Positions 16,761 through 24,622 of a stretch of 51,981 nt of DNA are shown in pieces. The notes beneath the pieces are model-generated. The model was not told where the DNA came from, ran no database searches, and saw only the letters and a list, made by a program, of their open reading frames with translations. Numbering within the stretch: the first letter of the stretch is position 1; each line of letters begins with the position of its first letter. The stretch covers positions 1-51,981 of IMG/VR virus record IMGVR_UViG_3300029216_000006. One strand, given 5' to 3'. This DNA is from a virus (taxonomy: Duplodnaviria; Caudoviricetes). The position numbers and the translations under genes were made by a program.

Positions 16761-17423
16761 ATGACTGACTACAAGCCCGTCAAGGGCACCCACATCCGAA
16801 CCGGCGACGACGCTGCCCTCATGCAACGCATCATCCGATCGAGCGAGGACATTGCCGCCAACTTTGGCTGCCAACCCATCCGGCTCCCCTCGCTGGACTC
16901 CGCCCCGTTCTACACCGAAAAACTTGCACCCGATTTGCGCATGTACGAGTTCGCCGACCGCAAAGGCCGCCCGCTGTGTCTGCGTCCGGAATGCACCAAC
17001 ACCATCTCAGCGATCGCCGATGCGTTCCCAGCGGACACGCTGGTCTACTACGCCGAGCGGTGCTGGCGGTACGACAAACCGCAAGAGGGCCGCTACCGCG
17101 AGTTCACGCAGTTCGGTGTGGAGTGGTTGAATCCAACATCGTGTGATGGTGAGGTCGAGTACGAAATCTCCCTTCTTGCGATTCAGATGCTCAGTGCTTT
17201 CCTCGATCGGTTCGACTTTGAGTTGAATCTGAATGTGAATCGAGGCTCGGCGTACTACAAAGACGCTCGCGGCTTCGAGATCACTTGCGACCTGCTCGGT
17301 GCTCAGAAACAGATCGTCGGAGGTGGTCGATACAAGAACGGCATGGGCTTCGCGTTCGGTGTCGAGCGCGTGATGCTCGCGCACAAGCGATCTGCGGAGT
17401 GCGAAGGAACCAAAGATGACTAA
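16761..17423 (+). CDS. Histidyl-tRNA synthetase-like protein, catalytic core only (220 aa)
   Basis: KGT, MYEF.D..GR.L.LRPE.T, WRYDKPQEGRYREFTQFGVE (motif 2), RGSAYY, GGGRY, GFAFGVER (motif 3); no anticodon-binding domain. Confidence 0.9.
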   Translation: MTDYKPVKGTHIRTGDDAALMQRIIRSSEDIAANFGCQPIRLPSLDSAPFYTEKLAPDLRMYEFADRKGRPLCLRPECTNTISAIADAFPADTLVYYAERCWRYDKPQEGRYREFTQFGVEWLNPTSCDGEVEYEISLLAIQMLSAFLDRFDFELNLNVNRGSAYYKDARGFEITCDLLGAQKQIVGGGRYKNGMGFAFGVERVMLAHKRSAECEGTKDD

Positions 17424-17610
17424 CCGAAAAGTAATCGGAACTTGGGTGGATCCACCGTCAGGGTGGAGATATGGCTTCCCCCGCATAAAGGAATGTAATA
17501 CGCCTACTAGCGAGTGGCTTATTGAAAACGGGTACCCTGAAAAAGAAGTCTCGTTTGCGTGTGAAAACTGTCGATCTTGGATCGCTTATGAAGGGGACAC
17601 TGATGACTAA
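17416..17610 (+). CDS. Small conserved phage protein
   Basis: DPPSGWRYGFP...WLIENGYP motif. Confidence 0.7.
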   Translation: MTNRKVIGTWVDPPSGWRYGFPRIKECNTPTSEWLIENGYPEKEVSFACENCRSWIAYEGDTDD

Positions 17611-17980
17611 CAACGAAACAAAGATGACTTACCGCGAACAGTTGATTGATCTCAAGGAAGCGTTGCCGGAAGAAGTATGGCCGAGAGAAATCCTTATTCC
17701 AAAGTTTCACATCTCATATCGTCGAGACTCGGACCATTGGGCTGTTATTTTGGACCAACACGCCCTCGACATCGTGACCGCGCGTGCGGAGAGGTGGCTG
17801 TTGGATAACGGGTGGACAATCGACAGACGAGGATGCGAAGTGTTGTATAGCCACACGCAAACACGAATGGAAATCAAGTATCCATTTAGCAGCAAAGCAG
17901 GGATCTTTGACTGCATCATCGAAACGGTCGAATGGCAGGTGAAGCATGGGCAAGGGATCACGCCGACGACCAACAAATGA
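17603..17980 (+). CDS. Hypothetical protein
   Basis: AAGGGG RBS, overlap with upstream gene. Confidence 0.6.
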   Translation: MTNNETKMTYREQLIDLKEALPEEVWPREILIPKFHISYRRDSDHWAVILDQHALDIVTARAERWLLDNGWTIDRRGCEVLYSHTQTRMEIKYPFSSKAGIFDCIIETVEWQVKHGQGITPTTNK

Positions 17981-18073
17981 AGCCAAGTTCCGCGCTCGAT
18001 GGGAGCGTGTGTTTGGAAAATCAGAAAACCATATTCCCGGTGTCGGGAAGAAGGTCAAACCGAAAGGACAGAA

Positions 18074-18460
18074 ATGAACGACAAAAACAAACGAGTAGAT
18101 GTATCACGATTGCCAATCACGCCGATTGAAACGCTTGATCCGCCGATGACGATTGATGAGTATATCGACGGGCGATTGTATATCACGCGATCCGAAGGCG
18201 GTGTGGAGTTTCGCGTGTGGCTTGCCGACAGTCGATTTGAACCCAAAAGCATGTACAATGGGCCACTCATTGATGACGATATGGAATCAGTCACAAGGGC
18301 GATTGGCGAGGCTATATTGATTGGGCGGTCAAAGGACATCAATCTGTCAAGCACCGAAGAATACACTGCCGTCTATCTCGACGGCCCGATGTGCGCACCG
18401 ACGATCGTGTGGATCAATGTGTGGGCAATCGACAATATCGAAGAATGGGAGATCAACTGA
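18074..18460 (+). CDS. Hypothetical protein
   Basis: AAGGA RBS; TGATG coupling to SSB. Confidence 0.6.
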   Translation: MNDKNKRVDVSRLPITPIETLDPPMTIDEYIDGRLYITRSEGGVEFRVWLADSRFEPKSMYNGPLIDDDMESVTRAIGEAILIGRSKDINLSSTEEYTAVYLDGPMCAPTIVWINVWAIDNIEEWEIN

Positions 18461-18891
18461 TGGCTAGTTTCAACAAAGTAATCATCCTTGGAAACCTTAC
18501 CCGCGACATCGAGTTGAAGGCGGCAGGGTCTACCCAAGTCGGCAACTTCACACTCGCCACCAACCGGAAGTTCAAGACCGCATCGGGTGAGCAACGCGAG
18601 GAAGTGGCATTCATTGATTGCCAATCATGGGGCAAGACCGCCGAAGTCATGGCCCAATACCTTTCCAAGGGCTCATCGGTTTTGGTTGAGGGTCGGCTGA
18701 AACTCGATCAGTGGGAAGATCGCAATGGGGGTGGGAAGCGTTCCAAACTCTCGGTCGTCGTTGAGTCATTCACCTTCGTCGGTGGCGGTCAGCAGGGTGG
18801 TCAAGAACAGCAATCATTGGGCGGTGCGGGGTCAGGACCGGCGATTGACCATAACGACATCCCGTTCAGTCCAAGGGTTGATTGGGCCTGA
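18460..18891 (+). CDS. ssb: Single-stranded DNA-binding protein
   Basis: FNKVIILGNLTRD, WGKTAE, VEGRL, Gly/Gln linker, NDIPF. Confidence 0.95.
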   Translation: MASFNKVIILGNLTRDIELKAAGSTQVGNFTLATNRKFKTASGEQREEVAFIDCQSWGKTAEVMAQYLSKGSSVLVEGRLKLDQWEDRNGGGKRSKLSVVVESFTFVGGGQQGGQEQQSLGGAGSGPAIDHNDIPFSPRVDWA

Positions 18892-19229
18892 TGCCTTACT
18901 GTGAATGTACAACCGCCAAAGGGAATCTTTGCTCCCTGGTCGCCACTGCCAAAGACACTGATGGACTATGGAAATGCCATGTCCATCACGAACAGATGGC
19001 CTTCCGCTGTCAGCAGCGAGCAAAGGGCAAGAAACGGCCCGTATCCCGCCCCTCCCGGCCCCGAGTGTTGAAAGACGCTTCGTGGGCTGTTGAACAGATC
19101 CAGACCGTCCTGAACGAACTGGGCACGCCTCACGGTGAAAAAGTTATCCACAATCAATACACAAAGCCTGTGGATAGATCGGAACTTATGGATGGATTTT
19201 GTGATCCGCCATTCTCGCCCGACAACTGA
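18891..19229 (+). CDS. Hypothetical Cys/His-rich protein
   Basis: CECTTAKG..C...CHVHH; TGATG coupling. Confidence 0.55.
   Translation: MPYCECTTAKGNLCSLVATAKDTDGLWKCHVHHEQMAFRCQQRAKGKKRPVSRPSRPRVLKDASWAVEQIQTVLNELGTPHGEKVIHNQYTKPVDRSELMDGFCDPPFSPDN
19144..19177. promoter_or_regulatory. Inverted pair of DnaA-box-like sites
   Basis: TTATCCACA at 19144-19152 (perfect) and TGTGGATAG at 19169-19177 (8/9, opposite strand). Confidence 0.5.
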
Positions 19230-19610
19230 GTGTATATTGTCGAACACAATCTGTATTGCGAGACTGGCTCTCGTCAAAGGGTATTGGGATCTCTCCTGCC
19301 AAACCAGTAGCCACTCCGATCGGCTCTGTAGATCGGGCCGCCATGCGTCAGGGGTCTACGGGCCTAAGCGATCAGGCGGTACTTGAAAGGGTCAAGGGTG
19401 AGGTGAGCAACGAACGCCCCTTGGCATAACTTTTCAAGCGGCAGGTGAATCAGCAATGCCGATAAGAATGCTGAGTGATAGTGACGGGCCTCTATGGGGA
19501 ACCAAACACTGAACAAATCCCCAGACCGGGGGTTGTTCCTTCTCTGTGACATATGAACAACCAATCATTGCTGATTTGCTTTACACCGTTATTCGGCTCA
19601 CTGAATGTTC

Positions 19611-21239
19611 TTATCTTTCTCTTTTGCGATCCCGGCTGCGGTTGCCGCCTGACCCTGTATCTGCCGCCGCCTCTTGCATGATCCCGAAGAACCGATCGGT
19701 TCCCCAAAGCCCACGCGCGGACGCTTTGTTCAGTGGGTGTGTGCCGTCAAGTGGATACACATTGTCGTATGTCGCCCCGCCGCACTTGTTGAACATATCA
19801 GCACCGATTGTCGGGATGCCTACGGCGTTGAGGGCGTTCACGATTGCCACCATCTCATCGTGCCGAGCCTGATCCATATTGATTCCTGATGTCTCTGCCC
19901 AAGGGATGCCGAGAACAATGTCCGGGTACGCGCCGGTCAGGGCGAAGATATCCGATGCGTCTTGATGGATCAGGTCAAACAGGTCGGCCTGAAACACGCT
20001 CTCTGCCTTTGGTACGGTGATGTCCCGCTCGAAATTGTTGTGTCCGTAGAAGTACATGAGCGTGTTGGGTGAACCGTAGTTTTCCCACATCCACTGGCGG
20101 GTATCAAAGTCGCCGCCTGACCCATAAAAGATTGCCGAGCCGTTATCGGCACCGGACATCCATTGCTCAGGGCTTCTTGCCGCCCCCGCCCGAACAAGGT
20201 AGATCCCAAAGTCTGTGGCGGGTGTGGTTGCGTCGGTGTATCGCTGACGGTATCCGGGCAGGATGAAGGTCTCTTTATTGTCAATCGCATCGTCTTCTTC
20301 GAGCAATGTCCAAGGGCGGAAAGGGGCTGTTGCCGTGCCTGTCAGGTTCACCCCTGTTGAAATCATAGTGAGGGATGCTGACCCGTTGGCAACCGACAGT
20401 GTGACTGATTTTGAGTCTACTGATGGGATTGTATGAGTTGTGAGTGATGTGAACAGTTTTGTGGTATTGGGTATGTATCCTTGAAACCGCAGCCTCATAT
20501 CGTATGAACCACCGCCGGTATTGAGGTCGGTGTTTCCTCCGCAGACCAACGCGATATGGTCCTGCCACCAAACACCGTCGTCGTCGATCCAGTTGTCATC
20601 GTAGAAGAAGTGATCTGTTTGCCCGTTGCCCGCCTCAATAGACAGGTTGGCAAAGAACTGGGATGATGCACCTGCCTTGAGAAATGTCCACGCCATTGGG
20701 ATCTGTGAGATGTCTCCAATACCTGAGTTGGTGAACAGGGTTGATGCTGCTACACCAAGGTTGGAGACTACATCTGTACGATGCCATACTGTGCTATACA
20801 GGTAATCAACTGTAGTTGAGACTTTGTTGACATCGAAGATTTCATTGGTCGTCGTCACCATGACGGGAACGACTGAGAACCGGAACGGCCATTCGTTCTG
20901 AATAGCTTTCAACCCTCTCGATTCACCATTGGCAAACTGAGAGTTTGACGAGATGCAAAGCCGCACCCCCTCACCCGCAACGAAACGCCGGGCAACATCG
21001 GTGTTGCCAACATAGTTGGCGGTGCTTGCTGCGGTGCCAAGGTCTGCGCCTACGCCATAGACGGGCTCGCCCAGTGAGTAGAGCGGGTCTCCATTTTGCA
21101 ATATCGGTAATCTTGGTGGCATTTGTGGTCCTGTTGTGTAGTTGAGTACGGTTTCCCAGACTTCAATGAATGGGTCGTCTGGTCCAAGGTCGGGTTGGGC
21201 GATAAGCAACGCGAGTGCTGTGACGAGGGTGCGAATCAT
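19611..21239 (-). CDS. SGNH/GDSL hydrolase-like protein with signal-peptide-like N-terminus
   Basis: Likely start MIRTLVTALALLIAQ; SSNSQF, YGHNN and DGTHP blocks. Confidence 0.55.
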   Translation of the reverse strand: MIRTLVTALALLIAQPDLGPDDPFIEVWETVLNYTTGPQMPPRLPILQNGDPLYSLGEPVYGVGADLGTAASTANYVGNTDVARRFVAGEGVRLCISSNSQFANGESRGLKAIQNEWPFRFSVVPVMVTTTNEIFDVNKVSTTVDYLYSTVWHRTDVVSNLGVAASTLFTNSGIGDISQIPMAWTFLKAGASSQFFANLSIEAGNGQTDHFFYDDNWIDDDGVWWQDHIALVCGGNTDLNTGGGSYDMRLRFQGYIPNTTKLFTSLTTHTIPSVDSKSVTLSVANGSASLTMISTGVNLTGTATAPFRPWTLLEEDDAIDNKETFILPGYRQRYTDATTPATDFGIYLVRAGAARSPEQWMSGADNGSAIFYGSGGDFDTRQWMWENYGSPNTLMYFYGHNNFERDITVPKAESVFQADLFDLIHQDASDIFALTGAYPDIVLGIPWAETSGINMDQARHDEMVAIVNALNAVGIPTIGADMFNKCGGATYDNVYPLDGTHPLNKASARGLWGTDRFFGIMQEAAADTGSGGNRSRDRKRER

Positions 21240-22519
21240 GTGAGGCTCCCCAAAACCCGCACCCCGCGTGGGGCTCGGCGTGTGTGTGGTTGGTGCATAC
21301 CCGCGATCGCCCGGCGTTTGCGGATGAAGTTGCCGTAGTAATCTAGCCACACGCCGTCGGTGCGTTTGCCTGTTGGGTTGTCGGGATCGCCGTCGATGAG
21401 GCTGTTCTCGATCACTGAGCCTTCCCATTCGGCGACATTCTTGATGCCTCGCGTGGACAACGGTCCGGTGTCGATGTTGTTGTGGGCAATGGTTTGCCGC
21501 GATGACGGCCACGCCCCGGTGCCGTCATCGGCACCATCTGCAAGAGGTGCGATGACGATCGCGGGGTTTTGGGTGTCGTTGACGATCTTGTTTGAGCAGA
21601 TCACTAGATCGCTGGTGTTGGGATAGATCGGGATGAGTGCGGTGCCCGGCTTCGTCGGGTCATGACCGTGGCTGTTGCCTCCGATAAGTGTGCATTGGTC
21701 TATGCGTACATGCTTCACATATCCCGGCTTGTTTGGCGGACTCATTTGCCCCATCGCGCACCCACCGTCACGAAGATCGCACTTGTGGACATGAAGGAAC
21801 CTGTTGCCCTGCCCCGTAAACCGGATGCCCTGCTTCTTGTGGGCGTTGCGGAACTTAGAGTTGATGATGGTCCAATAGTCGATCAGCCCGGTCGATCGCA
21901 GTCCGCACTCGTCTGTTGATACACCGATGTCACAATCGACCGTGAGAGCGCGGTAGATCCGTTCCGTGGTGTGCAGGCTGATCCCATAGTTCGTTGTTCC
22001 GGTCGTCTTGAAACCGTGAATCAGTGTGTTGTCCGCTCGATCTTGCAGCGATATTCCGCCAAATCCACCACACTCTCCGCCAATGATGCGACACCACGGG
22101 GCCTTGATCTCGATCGCGTATTTGCCGTCGCCATTGATGCGCGGGTTGATAATGACTGTTCCTGGCTCGGTGACTCGGATTCGTTCGGTCGGGTTGTTGA
22201 TGACCGGCGGTGCGTTTGATGCGCTCGGGACCATCATCCACCCGGTCGTGTACCGGCGTGCGAATCGCCACCCGACCTTGATGTGTACGCACTCGGCACG
22301 GATGCGGGTGCCCGCGATGCCGTAGCATGAACCCTGGAATCCCCAATCGGTGAATGGGTCGATCGGGTTATTGTCCTCGTCAAAGAATGACCACTTGATA
22401 TAGTCGTGGGCGGAGATGTTGAGCCGTTCATTGAGCGTGCAGATCACCAACGCAGGGGTGTTGCGGGTCGAATAGGGCGAGATGTAGGATTTGATGCGGG
22501 TCACCGGATAAGCCTCCAC
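21236..22519 (-). CDS. Right-handed beta-helix (pectin lyase-like) protein
   Basis: Repeated GI.L/I.N..F beta-helix-like pattern; 427 aa. Confidence 0.55.
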   Translation of the reverse strand: MEAYPVTRIKSYISPYSTRNTPALVICTLNERLNISAHDYIKWSFFDEDNNPIDPFTDWGFQGSCYGIAGTRIRAECVHIKVGWRFARRYTTGWMMVPSASNAPPVINNPTERIRVTEPGTVIINPRINGDGKYAIEIKAPWCRIIGGECGGFGGISLQDRADNTLIHGFKTTGTTNYGISLHTTERIYRALTVDCDIGVSTDECGLRSTGLIDYWTIINSKFRNAHKKQGIRFTGQGNRFLHVHKCDLRDGGCAMGQMSPPNKPGYVKHVRIDQCTLIGGNSHGHDPTKPGTALIPIYPNTSDLVICSNKIVNDTQNPAIVIAPLADGADDGTGAWPSSRQTIAHNNIDTGPLSTRGIKNVAEWEGSVIENSLIDGDPDNPTGKRTDGVWLDYYGNFIRKRRAIAGMHQPHTRRAPRGVRVLGSLT

Positions 22520-23349
22520 GGGAGGATGCGGGTGCGTCGGTATCCCAGTGCCTTAGCCCATTGGTTGCACGCGACCTCGAAGGGTGATTCGTTTGCTTGA
22601 TCGAGCAGCCACGCGGTGTTGACCCAGAACAGACACCGGGCACGAGCGTCGCGGATGGCCCGACCCTTTTTGCGGACGCTCGCTTCATTTCTAGGAATGA
22701 AATCTCGCCCTCCATTGGCATGAACCGTCACTGTGATAGGTTGTTTCGTGTTCTTGCGAATAGTGCGGACATCTCGGGCGGTTATTTTTCTCTGCGTCGC
22801 CGAAGGAAGGGGTCTGTACTCGTTGAGGAAAATGAAATCGAGGTCAGCCAGATCGTGCATCGCGTTGATCGACGGCCAATCTACGGACTTGTCGATAGTG
22901 ATTGGTGTGTTCCAAACACCAACCTCAAGTTTGATCCCGCGTTCGTATGACTCAGATTGAATCTGTCCGATACACCGGATGACCAGATCCATTTCGGCGT
23001 TCGTGCGTGGTCGGTTTCCCGCGTCGAATCGGTATTTGCGTGTCGCCTCGTCGTCACCATATGGCTCATAATCGAGGTACGCCATGATCGGGTTATGGGC
23101 CTTGTCAAGTTGGTCCCTGACGACTCCTCGGAATCCCGTCTCGGGCCAGTCAGGTTTAGTGGCGAGAACTTCCTCGGCAGTCTTGCGGAACAACCCATCA
23201 AGACCGTGACCGAGTGAACATTGGGCACCCTCGCCGACGACAAGGTTGCCGAGGTCTGAGTTCATCACGATCTCGCGGACGCGAGGGATCAGGTGGACGC
23301 TCAATGATCCACCAGCAGCGATTGACAAAATGACGGGTGCGGTTTTCAT
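22501..23349 (-). CDS. Hypothetical protein, possibly TIM-barrel glycoside hydrolase-like
   Basis: Hydrophobic N-terminus; YLDYEP, VGVWN, DFIFLNEY alternating beta/alpha pattern. Confidence 0.4.
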   Translation of the reverse strand: MKTAPVILSIAAGGSLSVHLIPRVREIVMNSDLGNLVVGEGAQCSLGHGLDGLFRKTAEEVLATKPDWPETGFRGVVRDQLDKAHNPIMAYLDYEPYGDDEATRKYRFDAGNRPRTNAEMDLVIRCIGQIQSESYERGIKLEVGVWNTPITIDKSVDWPSINAMHDLADLDFIFLNEYRPLPSATQRKITARDVRTIRKNTKQPITVTVHANGGRDFIPRNEASVRKKGRAIRDARARCLFWVNTAWLLDQANESPFEVACNQWAKALGYRRTRILPWRLIR

Positions 23350-23924
23350 GGCGACACCATCCTGAGCCGTTCGATCTCCGATTTATTATTGAGGATCTGT
23401 GACCACTGCGATGCGTTCAGCGGTGCAACCGTCTCATCATGTGCGATTTGCCACGCCCTAATGATTGTGAGTTCATGGCGATATGCAGAGAGCTCGGTAT
23501 CGGTGCGGCCCCATCGCTCTGCCGATTGGAGTGTGTGCTTGTAGACGGTCTGGCTCAACTCCCGATCATTTTCTCGCAGCCCGTCAATCGAGGCGACGAC
23601 AACGGATTCGGGCACATACGAGGTTTCAAGGTTCCATATTCGGTCTTCTTGTGCGTTGGTTTTATGGCTCAACGGGACAACGACGAGCGATGAAAAGACT
23701 GCACCGATGGCGATGATGATGCCGATCGAGCCGAGCGGGATGGACCCCTTGGATGCTTCGGTGACACCGACGCGGGCGACCATCTTCCCCATGCCCTCGT
23801 TGAGCAGCCTGAACTGCTCGCTCATTCGATCGGTCATGTGGTCGAACTTGGCATCAAAGTCCTTAGTCCACTCGCGGAACTCTTTGTGCGTCACGAACTT
23901 CGCTTGGTTTTCATCGTCGGGCAT
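23346..23924 (-). CDS. Single-TM coiled-coil membrane protein (holin/spanin-like position)
   Basis: IGIIIAIGAVFSSLVVV TM segment flanked by helices. Confidence 0.55.
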   Translation of the reverse strand: MPDDENQAKFVTHKEFREWTKDFDAKFDHMTDRMSEQFRLLNEGMGKMVARVGVTEASKGSIPLGSIGIIIAIGAVFSSLVVVPLSHKTNAQEDRIWNLETSYVPESVVVASIDGLRENDRELSQTVYKHTLQSAERWGRTDTELSAYRHELTIIRAWQIAHDETVAPLNASQWSQILNNKSEIERLRMVSP

Positions 23925-24566
23925 TTATCTTCCTCTCAACTTGTCAATATGCCCGGCGGACACGCCTTGTGCCCGGCGAATAACTGAGCGGTTGGTGTTC
24001 AAGAATGCAGCGGCCTCGGAACTTGATTCCTTGACCATGTTCAGCGTGTCGATTGCACCGATCGCGGCACCTTTGTTTTTCTTGGATGATCGGAGCGATA
24101 CGCCCGCGATCAACGCGCCGATGCCGCCAAGCACGGTGCCCCAAGGCGGGGGGAGAACGGCACCAATGCCGCTCACGGTCTGCCCAGCACCAACTCCATT
24201 GATTTGCCATGATTCAGCATTTTCGGGTAGCGCGTCGAGTGCGGCCCGCCCGCTGTCGATTGATGCGCCGATCGCACCTTGCCGTTGAAGCATCTCGGCC
24301 ATGAGTGTTTCGGCACGGGCAATGCCGGACTGGATCTGGTCTTTGACCGTACCATCCGGCAACGCTTGAATCGTTGCACGCTGTTCGTCGATCGTGGCAC
24401 GGATCTCGAAGATGGATGTTTCGAGCGAATCATTCGCATTTTCGAGTTGGTCGATTCGTTGCTGCCAACCTTCGCGTGTCTCTTGTGGTGATAACGAACA
24501 CGCCGAGAGCGTGAAGATGCACATAATAACGAGGATCATTGCACCTTGACTTGTTCTGTTTTTCAT
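23925..24566 (-). CDS. Coiled-coil lipoprotein with C-terminal hydrophobic hairpin
   Basis: Lipobox LSAC, long heptad region, GIGAVLPPPWGTVLGGIGALIAG. Confidence 0.7.
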   Translation of the reverse strand: MKNRTSQGAMILVIMCIFTLSACSLSPQETREGWQQRIDQLENANDSLETSIFEIRATIDEQRATIQALPDGTVKDQIQSGIARAETLMAEMLQRQGAIGASIDSGRAALDALPENAESWQINGVGAGQTVSGIGAVLPPPWGTVLGGIGALIAGVSLRSSKKNKGAAIGAIDTLNMVKESSSEAAAFLNTNRSVIRRAQGVSAGHIDKLRGR

Positions 24567-24591
24567 TGATTATCCTTTGTTTCTTAGTCTA

Positions 24592-24622
24592 ATCGCGGTT
24601 TATCTTGTAAAACTTTTACGCG
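24592..24622. promoter_or_regulatory. Operator/promoter motif, copy 2
   Basis: ATCGCGGTTTA-TCT-TGTAAA-ACT-TTTACG, matching 50181-50211. Confidence 0.55.

Noticed and set aside
16761-17423. HisZ (ATP-phosphoribosyltransferase regulatory subunit)
   Set aside because: HisRS catalytic motifs are well kept, it is much shorter than HisZ, and there is no hisG.
21240-21512. Extended start of the 633-aa track ORF
   Set aside because: Overlaps the upstream gene by about 270 nt; ATGA coupling and an RBS support the start at 21239.
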